64,000 nt of DNA from Octopus vulgaris (GCA_951406725.2 OX597820.1:34348001-34412000); one strand, 5' to 3'; counted from the stretch's first letter, positions 14,075 through 27,363 are shown. Numbers and translations are program-made. Notes: generated by a model not told the origin, from the sequence alone.

Positions 14075-14627
14075 TGTGTGTGTGTGTATGTATGATATTC
14101 ACCATATGAACTACAATGAAAAAATATGAGAAATATATGGTATATAATTTTTTTTTTGTGCAGGGCTTCCTTGGGACATGTAATTTATTTTAAGGATTAC
14201 ACAAGGGTAAGAAGGTTGAGAACCACTGGTGTGGGTACATCCTATGCTTGCTGGACCTCTGGTAAAGAAACACAGTGTTTAGCTTTGACTAAGTTATTAT
14301 ATGAGTATGTTTGTTAGTGTCTAAGTTGTGCATAGCAAGGCTGGGGACTCATTGCTAATTTCAGCATTTTTATGTTCTTAATTTTCTTAGAATTTAAATC
14401 TTTGTTCCCTAACTAGGGATTTCTGGAACATGTTAGTATCAAATGGGACAAATTTGCTAACCAGACAGACCCTTCAAACCAGGACTGTCTTAGTGGAACT
14501 AGTATGCATGGTAAACCTGTATGTATGCATTTGTTGTCTTCACATTGTATGCTAATTGTAAACAAATGTCACCGTCATACAAATGGTGTTGTTTGTTAGC
14601 TTGCAATCTTCTACAAAAACATACTGA

Positions 14628-15592
14628 TTTCTCCTTCACATCTTCCAAATTTGTTTTTCCTTCCCGCTTTTTCTGCCTCTTATTTTCACCTATTCACTGA
14701 CAGTCATTTTGTTGCATTTTTGTTGTAACGAGTTGCAGGGGTGTTTTTTAAGGTTTACTGTTGCAATTTTCTGCACCTTTTTCTGTTTTATCCCATTCCA
14801 TTATTTTTCTTTCATTCACACTGCATTGAGCTGTCCTTGTTTGAAGGATTAGGGGAAAATAGTAGCTTGCTTTGAAACAGTTGTAGGTTGGTGACAAGAA
14901 GTGTATCTAGCCATAGAAACTTTGTCCCCAACAAAATTAATCTATCCAATGCTAGAATGGAAAAGTGGACATTAAACCGATGATAATGATGACAATCTTA
15001 AATATTCCTTTCTATTAAAGGCACAAGGCCAGATCTTTTGATGGGAGGGGACTAGTCAATTACATCAACCCCAGTGTTTCACTGGTACTTGATGAAAGGC
15101 AAAGTTGACCTCAGCAATTTTTGAACCCAGAACATGAAGACAGGCAATATACCTATTTCTTTACTGCCCACAAGGGGCTACACACAGAGGGGACAAACAA
15201 GGACAGACAAATGGATTGTCGATTATATCGACCTCAGTGCATAACTGGTACTTATTTAATCGACCCCAAAAGGATGAAAGGCAAAGTCGACCTTGGCGGA
15301 ATTTGAACTCAGAACGTAGCGGCAGACGAAATACTTCTAAGCATTTTGCCCGGTATGCTAACAATTCTACCAGCTTGCTACCCTTTTTTATTTCTCTTTT
15401 ACATCTTCCAAATTTCTTTTCCTTCTCTCTCTTTCTGCCTCTCATATTCACCTACTCACTGACAGTGTTTTGTTGCATTTTTTTTTGGCTGTAACGGGGT
15501 TGCAGGGATGTGTATAAAGGGGTCAAGTTTACTTTTGCAATTTTCTACACCTTTTCGTGTTTCATCCCATTCCATTATTTTTCTTTCATTCA
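14628..15592 (+). repeat. Local ~190-bp direct duplication (14628-14818 and ~15393-15592)
   Basis: Both read acatcttccaaattt...ttctgcctct...cactgacagt...ttttgttgcatttt...gttgcaggg...atcccattccattatttttctttcattca. Confidence 0.85.
15150..15380 (-). mobile_element. SINE family C (gtcgactttgcctttcatcc...gataaataagtaccag core)
   Basis: Related copies at ~15020-15140, 24207-24419, 25075-25280, 27362-27580, 37228-37420, 40520-40755, 41264-41452, 54020-54450 and 61240-61470. Confidence 0.85.
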
Positions 15593-15759
15593 TTACAGAA
15601 CTTTCATTATTTGATTCTTCCTTCTCTTTCTTTCATTCCTTCATTCTTTTACCTGACCCCCACCAGTTTCACTCCTCCTTTTCTTTCATTCTCTTCTCCT
15701 TTACAATCTCTTCATTAATCCATTTTTTCTTGTCATCTGTTCCCTCCAGTCCAGTTATC

Positions 15760-16210
15760 CTTGTTCACTCCACTCGTACTTCTTTGACTCAGCTCACACT
15801 CTCTCTCTCTCCTCACACTCATCACCCTCATTCATTCACACTCAATCACTTCACTTACCTTAGTTCTCGCCACTCATCCTTGATCACTCTACTCACCCTC
15901 GATCATTCACCCTCAATCACTCCACTCGCCTTCGATCACTCTGCTTACCCTCGTCCACTCCACCCACCCTCAGTCACTCCACGTTTGCTCATTCTACTCT
16001 CTTCACACCACTTGCACATGATCACTCCACTTACCCCATTGCTCTGCATCTGCCCTTGATCACTATACTCACCCTCGTTCACTCCACTCACTCTTGTCCA
16101 TTCCAGTCCTGCTCAACTCCTGTCCCCAATCACTCAACGTACCCTTGGTCACTCAACTCACTTTTGTTCCTCCCACTTACACTCACTGCCCCCCCCACCT
16201 TCGATTATTC
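15760..16210. repeat. Degenerate ~19-bp pyrimidine-rich minisatellite (gatcactccactcaccctc-like)
   Basis: Repeated tcactc(c/t)actcacc(c)tc/ttg units visible. Confidence 0.7.
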
Positions 16211-16504
16211 TTTTGCCCTCTTTAATTCCATTCACATTACCCACAATGTCGAACAGGCATAGGCAGCGCCGTTTTCCCCCCAATTGCAGGTCGCATGAGA
16301 CATAGCTCATTATCAGACAAGCTGCACAACTGAAAAAAAAAGGCAATTTTACGTTAGGTGTGCATGTGGCCCGTGCGCCACAGGTTGCCCATAACTTCTG
16401 TAAAAAAAAAGAAAAAAAAAGAAAACTTGCTCTGATATCTTTTTCCCCTCATCTTCCTTTCTTACAATGGACACGAACTTTCTCTTCCACCTCCCACAGC
16501 AGTG

Positions 16505-17585
16505 CGAGGGAGCCACTACGTTGTTGCTCGATTTTGCTAGAAATAGCAGCTCAATCTACCTCAAATTACATCATGCCATCTTAAATAATGATAATAAAAA
16601 TAATAATAATAAGCGTTGAATGGTGCATAGTTGATATGGGTAACCTTTCTCGAGAAATGGGCCGCACGAGACATTGTTTGTCATCAGGCGGGCCGCACTA
16701 GTAAGAATTTCAAAGTAAATTTTCGCTAGCGCGCCATTTAGAAGATCTCGTTTGTTTATGACTGATGTAGAGCTTGATATATATATATATATAAAAAAGG
16801 CATGTGATGGTCACGGTTGGTATATCGTTCATCGCAGGTCTGTGCGATCAGGATTACCTGGTGCTACACAACAGTAGTTTCAAATAAGCAACGACGCGGG
16901 TCAACGAGGCAGCCCACTACGTGGTCGATCGACTTTCGAGAAATAATAACTAAATCTCCCTCTATTATTAGAAAAGTAAGTGTCATAAGATAAGGTAGTT
17001 GTCGATACACTATGTCTGAATTTAAAAGACGAGAATATCGTCGATTGTTGAGGTCTACTCAGTCAGGTCTGACCTGGGGTTAAACAATACTAACAAGGTG
17101 GGCCGAGGGAGGATTAATCAACACGGGATGATATAGCCTGGGATTCATAGTGTTTGGGGGGGATAAAAACGATATAGTCATGACTGGAACGCTTTTGAGC
17201 AAAGGTTTGTTCGACTTAGAACTGATCAACAACATAAACTGACGAAAATAGTCTCTTACGTGCAGATCTAGCTGCTAGAAATAGCAACCAAAAATCACAT
17301 TCTATTTGTCTTTAAAGGAAAAAGAAACGTTAGATGGTACACATTGTGTTAGATGCACTGTCTGAATAGAAGGTTAGGGGCAGGATGGCTATGGCAGGAA
17401 TGTCTTTGATCATTACGTTTAATCGGACAGGCCTTAGTTCGGTGCGGGGAGTTTCTGTGATTGTGGAAGGACCGAAGAATGCAACGTTTTCGGGTGATGT
17501 CATTTGTCTGAGAGTTAGAGAGAGAGATAGATAGAGAGATATGAGTAATTGACCGAGGGTTAAATAACAACAATATAACAACATG
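16505..17585 (+). mobile_element. Cluster of old repeat fragments (gctagaaatagcagc / tttgatcat..gtctg / ctggggctaaacaacaac)
   Basis: The same motifs recur several times here and at ~1210-1410, 57500-57840 (-) and 62800-62930. Confidence 0.55.
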
Positions 17586-17899
17586 AAAATAAACATGACC
17601 ATGTGTTTAAAAGAAAAGGAAAAAAAAAATATACATTCGTTGTATCTGACCTGTTAAGTTGTTAGTCTCTTGTTTTTGTATTTGCTTTTTTTTTTATTGT
17701 TGTTATTATTATTATTACTATTCTTTGGTTTTCCTGTGTCTTTCTCAATCAATCCTTCGATCTGGGCATCAATCCATCCATTGATCAAATGATCGATCCA
17801 TTGAATCAGTCAGTAAGTAACCCACCAGCCGTAAATCACAAACTCAGGTAAACGGTAAACCATCCATCTATCCTGTGATGTTGTTTTTCTTCGTATTGC

Positions 17900-18420
17900 C
17901 TTGTCAGTGCTCTCTCTCCCTCCCTCTCTCTCTCTCTCAGTCTTCTTCCTCTCTTTCACTTTCTATAGCTTTCTTTCCTTCTGTCTTCCCTTCGTCACTT
18001 TCTCTCTCTCTCTTGCTCGCTCATTACATCGTCACCCTCTCTGTCTCTGTTTTCTTTCCTTTTGTCTTTTCCCCTTTACCTCTCCCTCTGTCTCTGTCTT
18101 TTCCGTTTTCCTCTCCCTCTCTCTAATCCTCTCTTTGCCTGTCTCGTCCCATCCTCCTGTCTCTTTTTCCCCCCCTTTCTATATTTGACTCTCCCTCTAT
18201 TTTTCTCTGTCCCTCTGTTTTTCTATCTTTTTCTTTATCTTCTCCCTGTGTATCTCTTTCTCTTCGTCTCTCTCTATATCTCTCCGTGTAGCCTTCTATC
18301 CTCCTCTGTCTCTGTCCCTCCGTCTTCCTTTGTCCCTATCTTTCTTCTCTTTCAGGTTTCCTTCCTCTCTCTCTGCTCCCTCTCTCTCTCCTATGTCTCT
18401 GCAGTGTTTTCTCTGTCGTT
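17900..18420. repeat. Polypyrimidine (CT-rich) low-complexity tract
   Basis: Directly visible; source of the Ser/Leu/Phe ORFs. Confidence 0.9.
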
Positions 18421-19053
18421 TCTAGTCAATATCTATCATTGGATTATATATATCTTTATATTCTTCGCGCGCGCGTGATTATATATGCGTGTGTGCGTAT
18501 GTATGTATGTATGTATGTATGTATGCATGTATGTATGTATGTGTGTGTCACTCTTTCTGTCTCTGTCTATTTATGTTTTCTTTAAACCGGTCTACTATAT
18601 CTTTCTTCCTCTCCGAATGACGATGGTGACGAGAGTGGAGGAAATAAAAGAAAGTGAAAGAGTGAAGCTAAGTCTTAGAACACACTTAAGTACGTCTGTT
18701 CACACACACACACACACACACACACGGAGAGAGCAGGGGTGGGTGACTAATAGATAGTATATATGCATTGCTCTGTCGAGAACACCTTGCAGTCAGTCAA
18801 AATAACTTAAAACTATTTTTCCAAGCAAAACGTTTCACCATTCAGTCAAGACAATAATATATATATATATATATATATTGTATATATGTATATGTGTGTA
18901 ATTTTATTTTGCTCCTTACCCACAAGCTTCTACCCCACACGTTCTGTCTTTCGCTCTTCCCCACTTCTCTTTCTTTCTCCTTTTGGCTTTCACTTTTGTT
19001 TTACCTGTTGCGAGACAGAGAAAGTATAAGTGGAGTAGGAGGATATATATATC

Positions 19054-19089
<36 letters not shown>

Positions 19090-19201
19090 CATACACACAC
19101 ACATGCGCATATGTATATATATATATACCGGAGTAAACACATAAATGTGAAACAAGGTGGAAAAAAGAGTACTCAAATACCAGAGGTAGAGTAATATGCT
19201 T

Positions 19202-19316
19202 TATTTAAAGCAGCAGAAAATTCAACAAAAACCTGTTACTCTGAGTTTCACGTTCCCGTTCGTCGGGAACGTGAAACTCAGAGTAACAGGTTTTGTTGAA
19301 TTTTCTGCTGCTTTAA

Positions 19317-19319
<3 letters not shown>
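19202..19319. repeat. Near-perfect hairpin, ~57-bp arms, 5-nt loop, with a hammerhead-like core on the minus strand
   Basis: tatttaaagcagcag...cacgttcccg-ttcgt-cgggaacgtg...ctgctgctttaaata (one bulge); minus strand reads CCGACGA-ACG-GGAA-CGT-GAAA-CTCAGAG-TA-ACAG. Confidence 0.9.
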
Positions 19320-19350
<31 letters not shown>

Positions 19351-19786
19351 TTTCGTAAACTCTTCCTATATATATATATATTGTGTGTGTGTGTGTATTT
19401 GTATGTATAGACAGAAAGATAAACGGACTGGCCATATAGTAATATAGGAATGGTGGTGGATGATGAAGGGAGGGCCTCATGAGGGTGACATGAAGTGTGG
19501 TAGGTGGCTGTTTTTACTGTGTGATGCTATGTTTATGTATGTATGAGTATGTGTATGTATATGAATGTGACTATGCATGTTTATATATATATAATGCATA
19601 TGTATATATATATATATACATACACAGATACATACGCACACATATACATGCATGAGTACATACACACATGCATATATACACACAAACACGCACGCACAAC
19701 AGGTATTAACTACATAGTTTAGTCATCTCTTATGTGTAACCTAATACACGTGGACGAATTGTAAACGCTGTTTATTGCAGCATAAC

Positions 19787-19817
<31 letters not shown>

Positions 19818-19951
19818 CATACACATGTACGCACACACATCCTTATACATACGAATAAGAAATATGAAATGCGTGATATATATATATTGTTGTGTATATA
19901 TCTGTATGTGCATGTGTATATAGAAGTGTATGCGTGAAAAACAAAACATTG

Positions 19952-19987
<36 letters not shown>

Positions 19988-20294
19988 GATGCGTTGTGTG
20001 AACTCACACACACACACAATACTTCGCGTTTACACCCCCCTACCTTTCGTCCCTCGATGTTTCCTCGACAACACATCCACCACCTCTGTCACCGCCGCCA
20101 CCACCACCACCATCGTCAAAACCTGTTGTAATGTCTTCACCACAATGTAACTGTAGACTGTAATTGATCCACCGGATTTTTTTTTTACCTCATCCACCTC
20201 CACTCCTCCCCCCCATTTTTGTTTCTGTCAACCCCCTCTTTATGTCTCTGTATTTCTATATCTGTCAGTTTCTGTCTATATAGATATCTCATTC

Positions 20295-20745
<451 letters not shown>

Positions 20746-21950
20746 CGTATTTTAACATGTGTAAGGAACCCTTTTTTGTCAAAAATTATGTTTAAAAAAT
20801 ATGGGAGTTTTATATACATTGATAGTAGTATAGATATTAATAAATTACTCAATTCAAGGGTTCCTTATACATGTTAAAATAGGGTATATTTAAAATCATC
20901 TGCCTAACTTTCTGTCTACCTATCGTTTTTCTGTCCCTCCTCCCTCGCCTCCACCTTTGTGTATATAAATTCCTACTTAACCTCTTTCACAATGAATATT
21001 GTTGAGTGTGTTAGACGTTATATATTTATATATATGTGCACATGTATGTATGCATGCATGCATGTTGTATGTGTATATATGTGTGTATGTATGTCTCTCT
21101 CTCTCTCATAAAAAATAATAAACGCGCCCCTTTAAAGCCTAGCTAGGCTCATGGGCCTGGTTTCCCGGTTTCTATGGCGTATGTGTTCCCCAGCTGGACG
21201 GGACGCCAGTCCATTGCAACGTTACTCATTTTTGGCAGTGGACTGGAGCAACGTGAAATGAAGTGTTTTGCTTAAGAACACAACGCGTCGCCCAGTCCAG
21301 GAATCAAAACCACAATCTTACGATTATGATGCTGACACCCTAACCACTAAGCCACGTGCCTCCACCTCTTTCTCTCATATATATATGTTCATAGTTCTTG
21401 AGACCACTTTTTCCAACTTTATATATATACATATACATACATGTATAATGATGTAGACAATGTGTGCATGTGTATCTGTGCTTCTGTACATGTATGTGTG
21501 TACACACATACGTCATTGCTTGACTCTTGCCAAACTCTTACAATCCAGCATGGAAGATGGATATTAAATGATAGATAGATAGATAGAGCAAGCTTTTCTA
21601 TGTAATTGTATTGCCTATATTTTTGTATTGTAATGCTGATATCTGTGAGAAATGGAATTTTACTTCATTGCTATTATTTGTGAAGCTGTGTTTACTGGTA
21701 ATTTTCACTTTTGTGAGTTAAGAAAATGCTAACTTTACGTCTTGTATCATTCATTTTGTTACAATTCCAAACTGTTATACATCACAAGAAGAGGCAGACA
21801 GTATAACGTGCTCTGCAGTTCATTGCCCTGGTGGAAAGATCTCCGCTTGACCCAACAGGTTGAACATAGAACATAGAAGTGATAGAGAAACATGGATCTG
21901 TTGATTCAGTTTCAGCAACTCTAAGGGACTGTCCCTAAAATTTCTCTTAA

Positions 21951-22350
21951 TCTTTTATCATTTACTTGTTTCAGTCATTAGGCTGTGGCCATGCTGGAGT
22001 ACAGCCTTGAAGAATTTCAGTTGGAATGAATCAGTTCTAGTACTTATTTCTTTTTTTGAAAATCCTGATACTTGTTCTATTGGTTTCTTTTGCCAAACTG
22101 CTAAGTTACAGGGACATAAACACACTGACCCCTGTTGTCAAGCAGTGGTAGGGGACAAACGCATACACAAAGACACACACAGATACACACACACACACAC
22201 ACACACACACATAATAGGCTTCTTTCAGTTTCTGGCTACCAAATTCACTCACTAAGGCTGTAGTAAAAGATTCTTGCCCAAGGTGCCACACAGTAGAACT
22301 GGATCCGGAACCATGTGATTGGGAAGCAAACTACTTACCACATATCCACT
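21951..22350 (-). mobile_element. Family A SINE
   Basis: Full tail-microsatellite-head order on the minus strand. Confidence 0.75.
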
Positions 22351-22597
22351 TGTTGATGATCATACAAGAAAAGGCATTGAATTTGGAAACCGAAGACAGT
22401 TTAACCTTTCAGTTTTTGAACTGCCCATATCTGGCCTGCATATTCTTGTTTTATGTTAAAACCAGCCAGATCTAGCTTCTCACATCTACCTTACAATGTC
22501 ATTCTAAAAGAAGAAATTCACAACATTGAAATCTTGAAGCTATGAGATAAGGCATGATTAAATTAAAACATGTGAATAAATAAGCATTAATTTTGAT

Positions 22598-22930
22598 GGA
22601 AGGCATATGGCGCAGTGAAGGCTCATGGCTCAGGGGTTAGTGAGTTCGATTCCCGGACCGGGCTGTGTGTTGTGTTTTTGAGCAAGACACTTTATTGCAC
22701 TTTGCTCTAGTTCACTCAGCTGTAGAAATAATCAGTTGCAGCGTCACCGGTGCCAAGCTGTATCGGTCTTTGTCTTTCCCTTGGACAACATTGGTGGCTA
22801 GGAGAGGCAACTCTCCAGTTGCATGGGCAACTGCTGGTCTTCCACAAATAACCTTGCCTGGACTTGTGGCTCAGTGGGGAACTTTCTAGGTGCAATCCCA
22901 TAGTCTGAAGAGGGTCTTTCCCCTTACCCT
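22598..22930 (+). mobile_element. SINE family B, tail 2
   Basis: Family B head and core followed by gtgccaagctgtatcgg...ctgctggtcttcca...aactttctaggtgcaatccca; also at 24753-25058, 25283-25618 (-) and 50560-50897. Confidence 0.8.
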
Positions 22931-23625
22931 CTACTCTTGAGAGAGTAATCTGAAATGGTAAAAATCTTAAATAAAAAAAAAATGACATATTTGGATAATT
23001 TAGTGCTAGATACCTCTGAAAAGGCAAGATGGTCATGACTGGAATGCTTTTGATCATTAGTTTACTCAATCAAATTTGAAAAAGGGACGAAGGGCTAAAG
23101 AACCACTGTTACAGTATTTTAATAAGTCTATGCTGGTCACTTGAGTGAGTCATTCCATCTGGCACCAAATGAAGACAGGAATATTGTTAGATTCTGTATT
23201 TTGCTGCCATTGTTGTTGATGGTGATGATGATGATGTTGCTGCTTCTGCTTATTTTTTGTTACAGAGTGCTCTTCTGGTGGGGCTTGACCCAATTTTTAG
23301 GATGTCTACAGACAAAAGAAAAGAGGAAAAAATAGAAATGCCTCACTCTCTCCTCCTCCCTGAACGATGTTCCTTGTCCCTCCCTTAGAATTTTAGGAAT
23401 TGATATGTCGTTGATAACATTAAATACTAGAGTCTAATAATACAAACAACACACCTGGTGTCTATGTGTTAATATCTATGTAGATGAATTTCTAACATTG
23501 TAGAGTGTGACATCATAGTAGGAAAGGGAGAGAATTTTTCCAATTCATTTCACTTATATATTCTTTTGCTGGTTTCAGCCATGTTAGAGCACCACCTTTG
23601 CAAAAATATGGACCTCCTTGGTGGG

Positions 23626-23666
<41 letters not shown>

Positions 23667-23669
<3 letters not shown>

Positions 23670-24050
23670 TCTTTTACTTGTTTCAATCATTTGACAGTGG
23701 CTGTGCTGGAGCACCATCTTAAAAGGTTTAGGTCGAAGAAATCGACCCTAGGACTTATTCTTTGTAAGCTTAGTACTTATTCCATTGGTCTCATTTGCTG
23801 AACTGCTAGGTTACTGGGATGTAAGCACGCCAACAGCAATTGTCAAGCGATGGTGGTGGTGTTGGTGGGGGGGGGGGAGTAAACACAGACACAAAGACAC
23901 ATACACATAAATATATATATGTATATAGGACAAGTTTCTTTCAGTTTCCATCTAACGAATCCACTCACAAGGCTTTGGTTGGGCCAAGGCTATAGTAGAA
24001 GACACTTGCCCAACGTGCCATGCAGTGAGACTGATTCTGGAACCATGTGG
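23667..24050 (-). mobile_element. Family A SINE (5'-truncated)
   Basis: ttcttttacttgtttc...tgctggagcacc...ccactcacaaggctttgg...ggaaccatgtgg. Confidence 0.8.
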
Positions 24051-24085
24051 AGATCTCAAATTATGAGTACATGTACATTTTTGTT

Positions 24086-24207
24086 AATGTTTAGCAGAAG
24101 CAACAGAGGGACTCAAGGTCTGAGAGTTTCATGCATTGGTACTTATTAAAGTGCCAACACATGAAACTCTCAAACTTTGAGTCACACTGTGGCTTCTGCT
24201 AAATATT
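24086..24207. repeat. Fold-back hairpin, ~57-bp arms, 8-nt loop
   Basis: tttagcagaagcaacagagggactcaaggtctgagagtttcatgcattggtac pairs with gtgccaacacatgaaactctcaaactttgagtcacactgtggcttctgctaaa. Confidence 0.85.
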
Positions 24208-24419
24208 TATTTCAAATTTTGGCACCGGGCCAGCAATTTTTAGGGAGGGGAATAAGTTGCTTACATCGATTCCATTTCTCAACTGGTATTTATTTTATCA
24301 ACCCCAAAAGGATGAAAGGCAAAGTCGACCTCAGTGGAATTTGAACTCAGAAGATAAAGACAGATAAAATGCTGCTAAGCATTTTACCTGGCTTGCTAAG
24401 GATTCTGCCAGCTCACCTC
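24207..24419 (-). mobile_element. Family C SINE with a 14-bp target-site duplication
   Basis: cttctgctaaatat at 24193-24206 and again at 24420-24433. Confidence 0.85.
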
Positions 24420-24453
24420 CTTCTGCTAAATATATATATATATATGTATGTAT

Positions 24454-24588
24454 CCAAGTGTGACATCCTATACAGGACAGTGCTACTGACGTTTATAGCC
24501 CCAGGAAGACAGCTGGCTAACAACAAAGATGTCTTCCTTGAGCTATAAGCGTCAGTAACACTGTCCTGTATAGGACGCCACACTTTGG
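24454..24588. repeat. Fold-back hairpin, ~57-bp arms
   Basis: ccaagtgtgacatcctatacaggacagtgctactgacgtttatagccccaggaagaca pairs with tgtcttccttgagctataagcgtcagtaacactgtcctgtataggacgccacactttgg. Confidence 0.85.
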
Positions 24589-24702
24589 TGGCAGTTATAT
24601 GTTACAATTCCGTACACTGCTACTGTTTATATTTTGCTGAGAGTTTTAATACAGCCTATATATATATATTCTTTTACTTGTTTCAGTCATTTGACAGCAG
24701 TT

Positions 24703-25764
24703 AAGTTTGAAAATAATAAAGAGATTAGTTAAATAACTTTGTCATTATTAAGTGAAGGTGCATGGCTCTGTGGTTAGAGCATCGAGCTTACAATCGTGAG
24801 GTTGTGAGTTCGACTCCCTGACCGGGCTGCATGTTGTGTTCTTGAGCAAGACACTTTATTTCACGTTGCTCCAGTTCACTCGGCTTTAGAAATGAGTTGC
24901 AACATCACAGGTGCCAAGCTGTATCGGCCTTTGCCTTTCCCTTGGATAACACTGGTGGCATGGAGAGGGGAGGCTGGTATGCATGGGCAACTGCTGGTCT
25001 TCCATAAAGAACTTTGCCCGGACTTGTGCCTGGGAGGGTAACTTTCTAGCTGCAATATTGGGGTGGTGTTTGAGATGGTGAACTGGCAGAATTGGTAGCA
25101 TGACTGACAAAATGCTTAGCAGCATTTCATTTGTCTTTACTTTCTGACTTCAAATTCAGCTGAAGTCAACTTTGCCTTTCATCCTCTCAAGGTTGATGAA
25201 ATAAGTACCAGTTGAATACTGGGGTCAATGTAATCGACTTACCTCTCTCCTAAATTTTAGGCCTTATGCCCATAGTGTAAAGGGTAAAGATCCCTTTTGG
25301 ACATGAATGACGATGGGTTTACACCTAGAAAGTTACCCTCCGAGGCACAAATCTGTCCATACAAGGTTGTTTATGGAAGACCAGCAGTCGCTCATGCATG
25401 CCAACCTCCCTTCATGCCGCTGATGTTATCCAAGGGAAAGGCAAAGGCTGATACAGCTTGGCGCCAGTGACATCAGAACTTGTTTCTACAGCTGAATGAA
25501 TTGGAGCAACATGGAGTAAAGCGTCTTGCTCAAGAACACAGCACAACCCGGTCTGAAAATTGAACTCACGGCCTCATGACTGTGAGCATGACACTCTAAC
25601 CTCTGAGCCATGCACCTTAGCAGAAAGGATTATTAAGGTGGTATTCGGAGCCTAAATTGATATGAAATTTTGATAGCAGGTTTTAATTCACATCACGTTA
25701 AGACAGGAAGTTTGTATCACAGAACCAAGGACAGTCTCAGGTATGTTGGTATCAGAAGGGTTAA
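24703..25764 (+). mobile_element. piggyBac-type MITE interrupted by three SINEs
   Basis: MITE body 24703-24752 resumes at ~25635 and ends gttggtatcagaagggTTAA; SINEs at 24753 (B), 25075 (C) and 25283 (B, minus). Confidence 0.65.
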
Positions 25765-26369
25765 AAGTGCATATGACTATGGAATACTCAGTCACTGACA
25801 CCATATTGTACAAAAACTAAACAGGTAGCTTTGTCAATCAAAACAGCTAAAATACTTACTCAGCATTGCGGAAACCCATGCATGGTATCCAGGTATCTTG
25901 TTACCTTCTGGTTTTGGTTTCTGCTTTATTCAACTTGCAGCAGCAATGCTGTTTGTTTTTGTTTCTGTTTCTTGGTTCCTCCTGATTAAGAATCTTTTAA
26001 AGAACCGTGAATTGCAATAAACACTTTCTTTTGTTTGCTTGTTTGTTTGTTGCTATTACTTTTGAGTTTTTGGTTGAGTGTGTGTGTGTGTAAGATATAG
26101 ACTAGTGGAAGATAGTTACTAAGTAGAATGACAGAGATACAAATGGTAGATTCTCTAATGTTTTTGTTGTTGTTTTTGGTTTGTTGGAAGCATTTAACTG
26201 GGCCTGAAACAAAATAATATAAAACACAAGAATATGTAAAACAAAGAGAAAAAAAACCTCCCAAAAATGCGAGTTATGATGCTTTAGAAGCAGGCTGCTG
26301 GGTAAAACTGCTTTCTAAACAAAAACCCACCTCTGTTGTCAACTTTAGCAATCATAGAAGTATTTGCGG

Positions 26370-26408
<39 letters not shown>

Positions 26409-26556
26409 TGTGTGTGTGTATAAGTATGTATGTATGTATGTATATATGTGTGTGTGTGTATGTATATATTTATGGAAAAGTATGTGTGTGTATTATGTTT
26501 GTATGTGAGATTAGAGAGACAGACTTGTTTTTTTGAGCTTGTGTATGAAGTAGAAG

Positions 26557-26625
<69 letters not shown>

Positions 26626-27156
26626 CAATAATTATCAAGAAATGTGTATAAGTTTACCCTGGTGTACTGATACTGCTTTGTCTAAGCATGTGTATGTGTA
26701 TATTTACCTTAAGTGTGTGTGTGCACACGTATGTGCGTGTGTGCATGCATCCTAATATAATCCAAATGCATTCGCATGCATACATGTGTATGTGTGATCT
26801 CCTGTAGCACTGGAAGCAGAAATCCTTATCTTTATAGAGAGAATAAGCCAAAAAAAAAATATCTTCAATTTTTTTTTTTTTCTCTTACAACTTTATTACT
26901 GTATTGCAAGTATCCAGAGTTAATTGCATTTATTTCAAACAATTACAGCATGGAAGACACCTATCAGTCATTCAGAAAACACACACACACACAAAGACTT
27001 AAATTCACTTAAATAGTTATTATTTAGTGTCAAAATTTTCATCATATCTACTGCCTCCTGGTTACTGATGTGATTCACACCAAATAATGTTAAAGAGAAG
27101 TTAACAACTTCTGTGTGTTTTTGCATGGCTATCATCATCATTATTATTATTATTAT

Positions 27157-27315
27157 TTCTTCTTCTTCTTCTTCTTCTTCTTCTTCTTCTTCTTCTTCTT
27201 CTTCTTCTTCTTCTTCTTCTTCTTCTTCTTCTTCTTCTTCTTCTTCTTCTTCTTCTTCTTCTTCTTCTTCTTCTTCTTCTTCTTCTTCTTCTTCTTCTTC
27301 TTCTTCTTCTTCTTC
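27157..27315. repeat. Perfect (TTC)53 trinucleotide tract flanked by (TTA)n
   Basis: Counted from the sequence; source of the poly-Arg/Ser/Phe ORFs. Confidence 0.97.
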
Positions 27316-27327
27316 TCCTTTTTTTTC

Positions 27328-27363
<36 letters not shown>

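Larger units (their letters stand above)
13001..14228. mobile_element. hAT-type MITE containing a nested SINE and a Helitron
   Basis: Ends aagcgtttctcaacc ... ggttgagaaccactg form imperfect TIRs. Confidence 0.6.
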
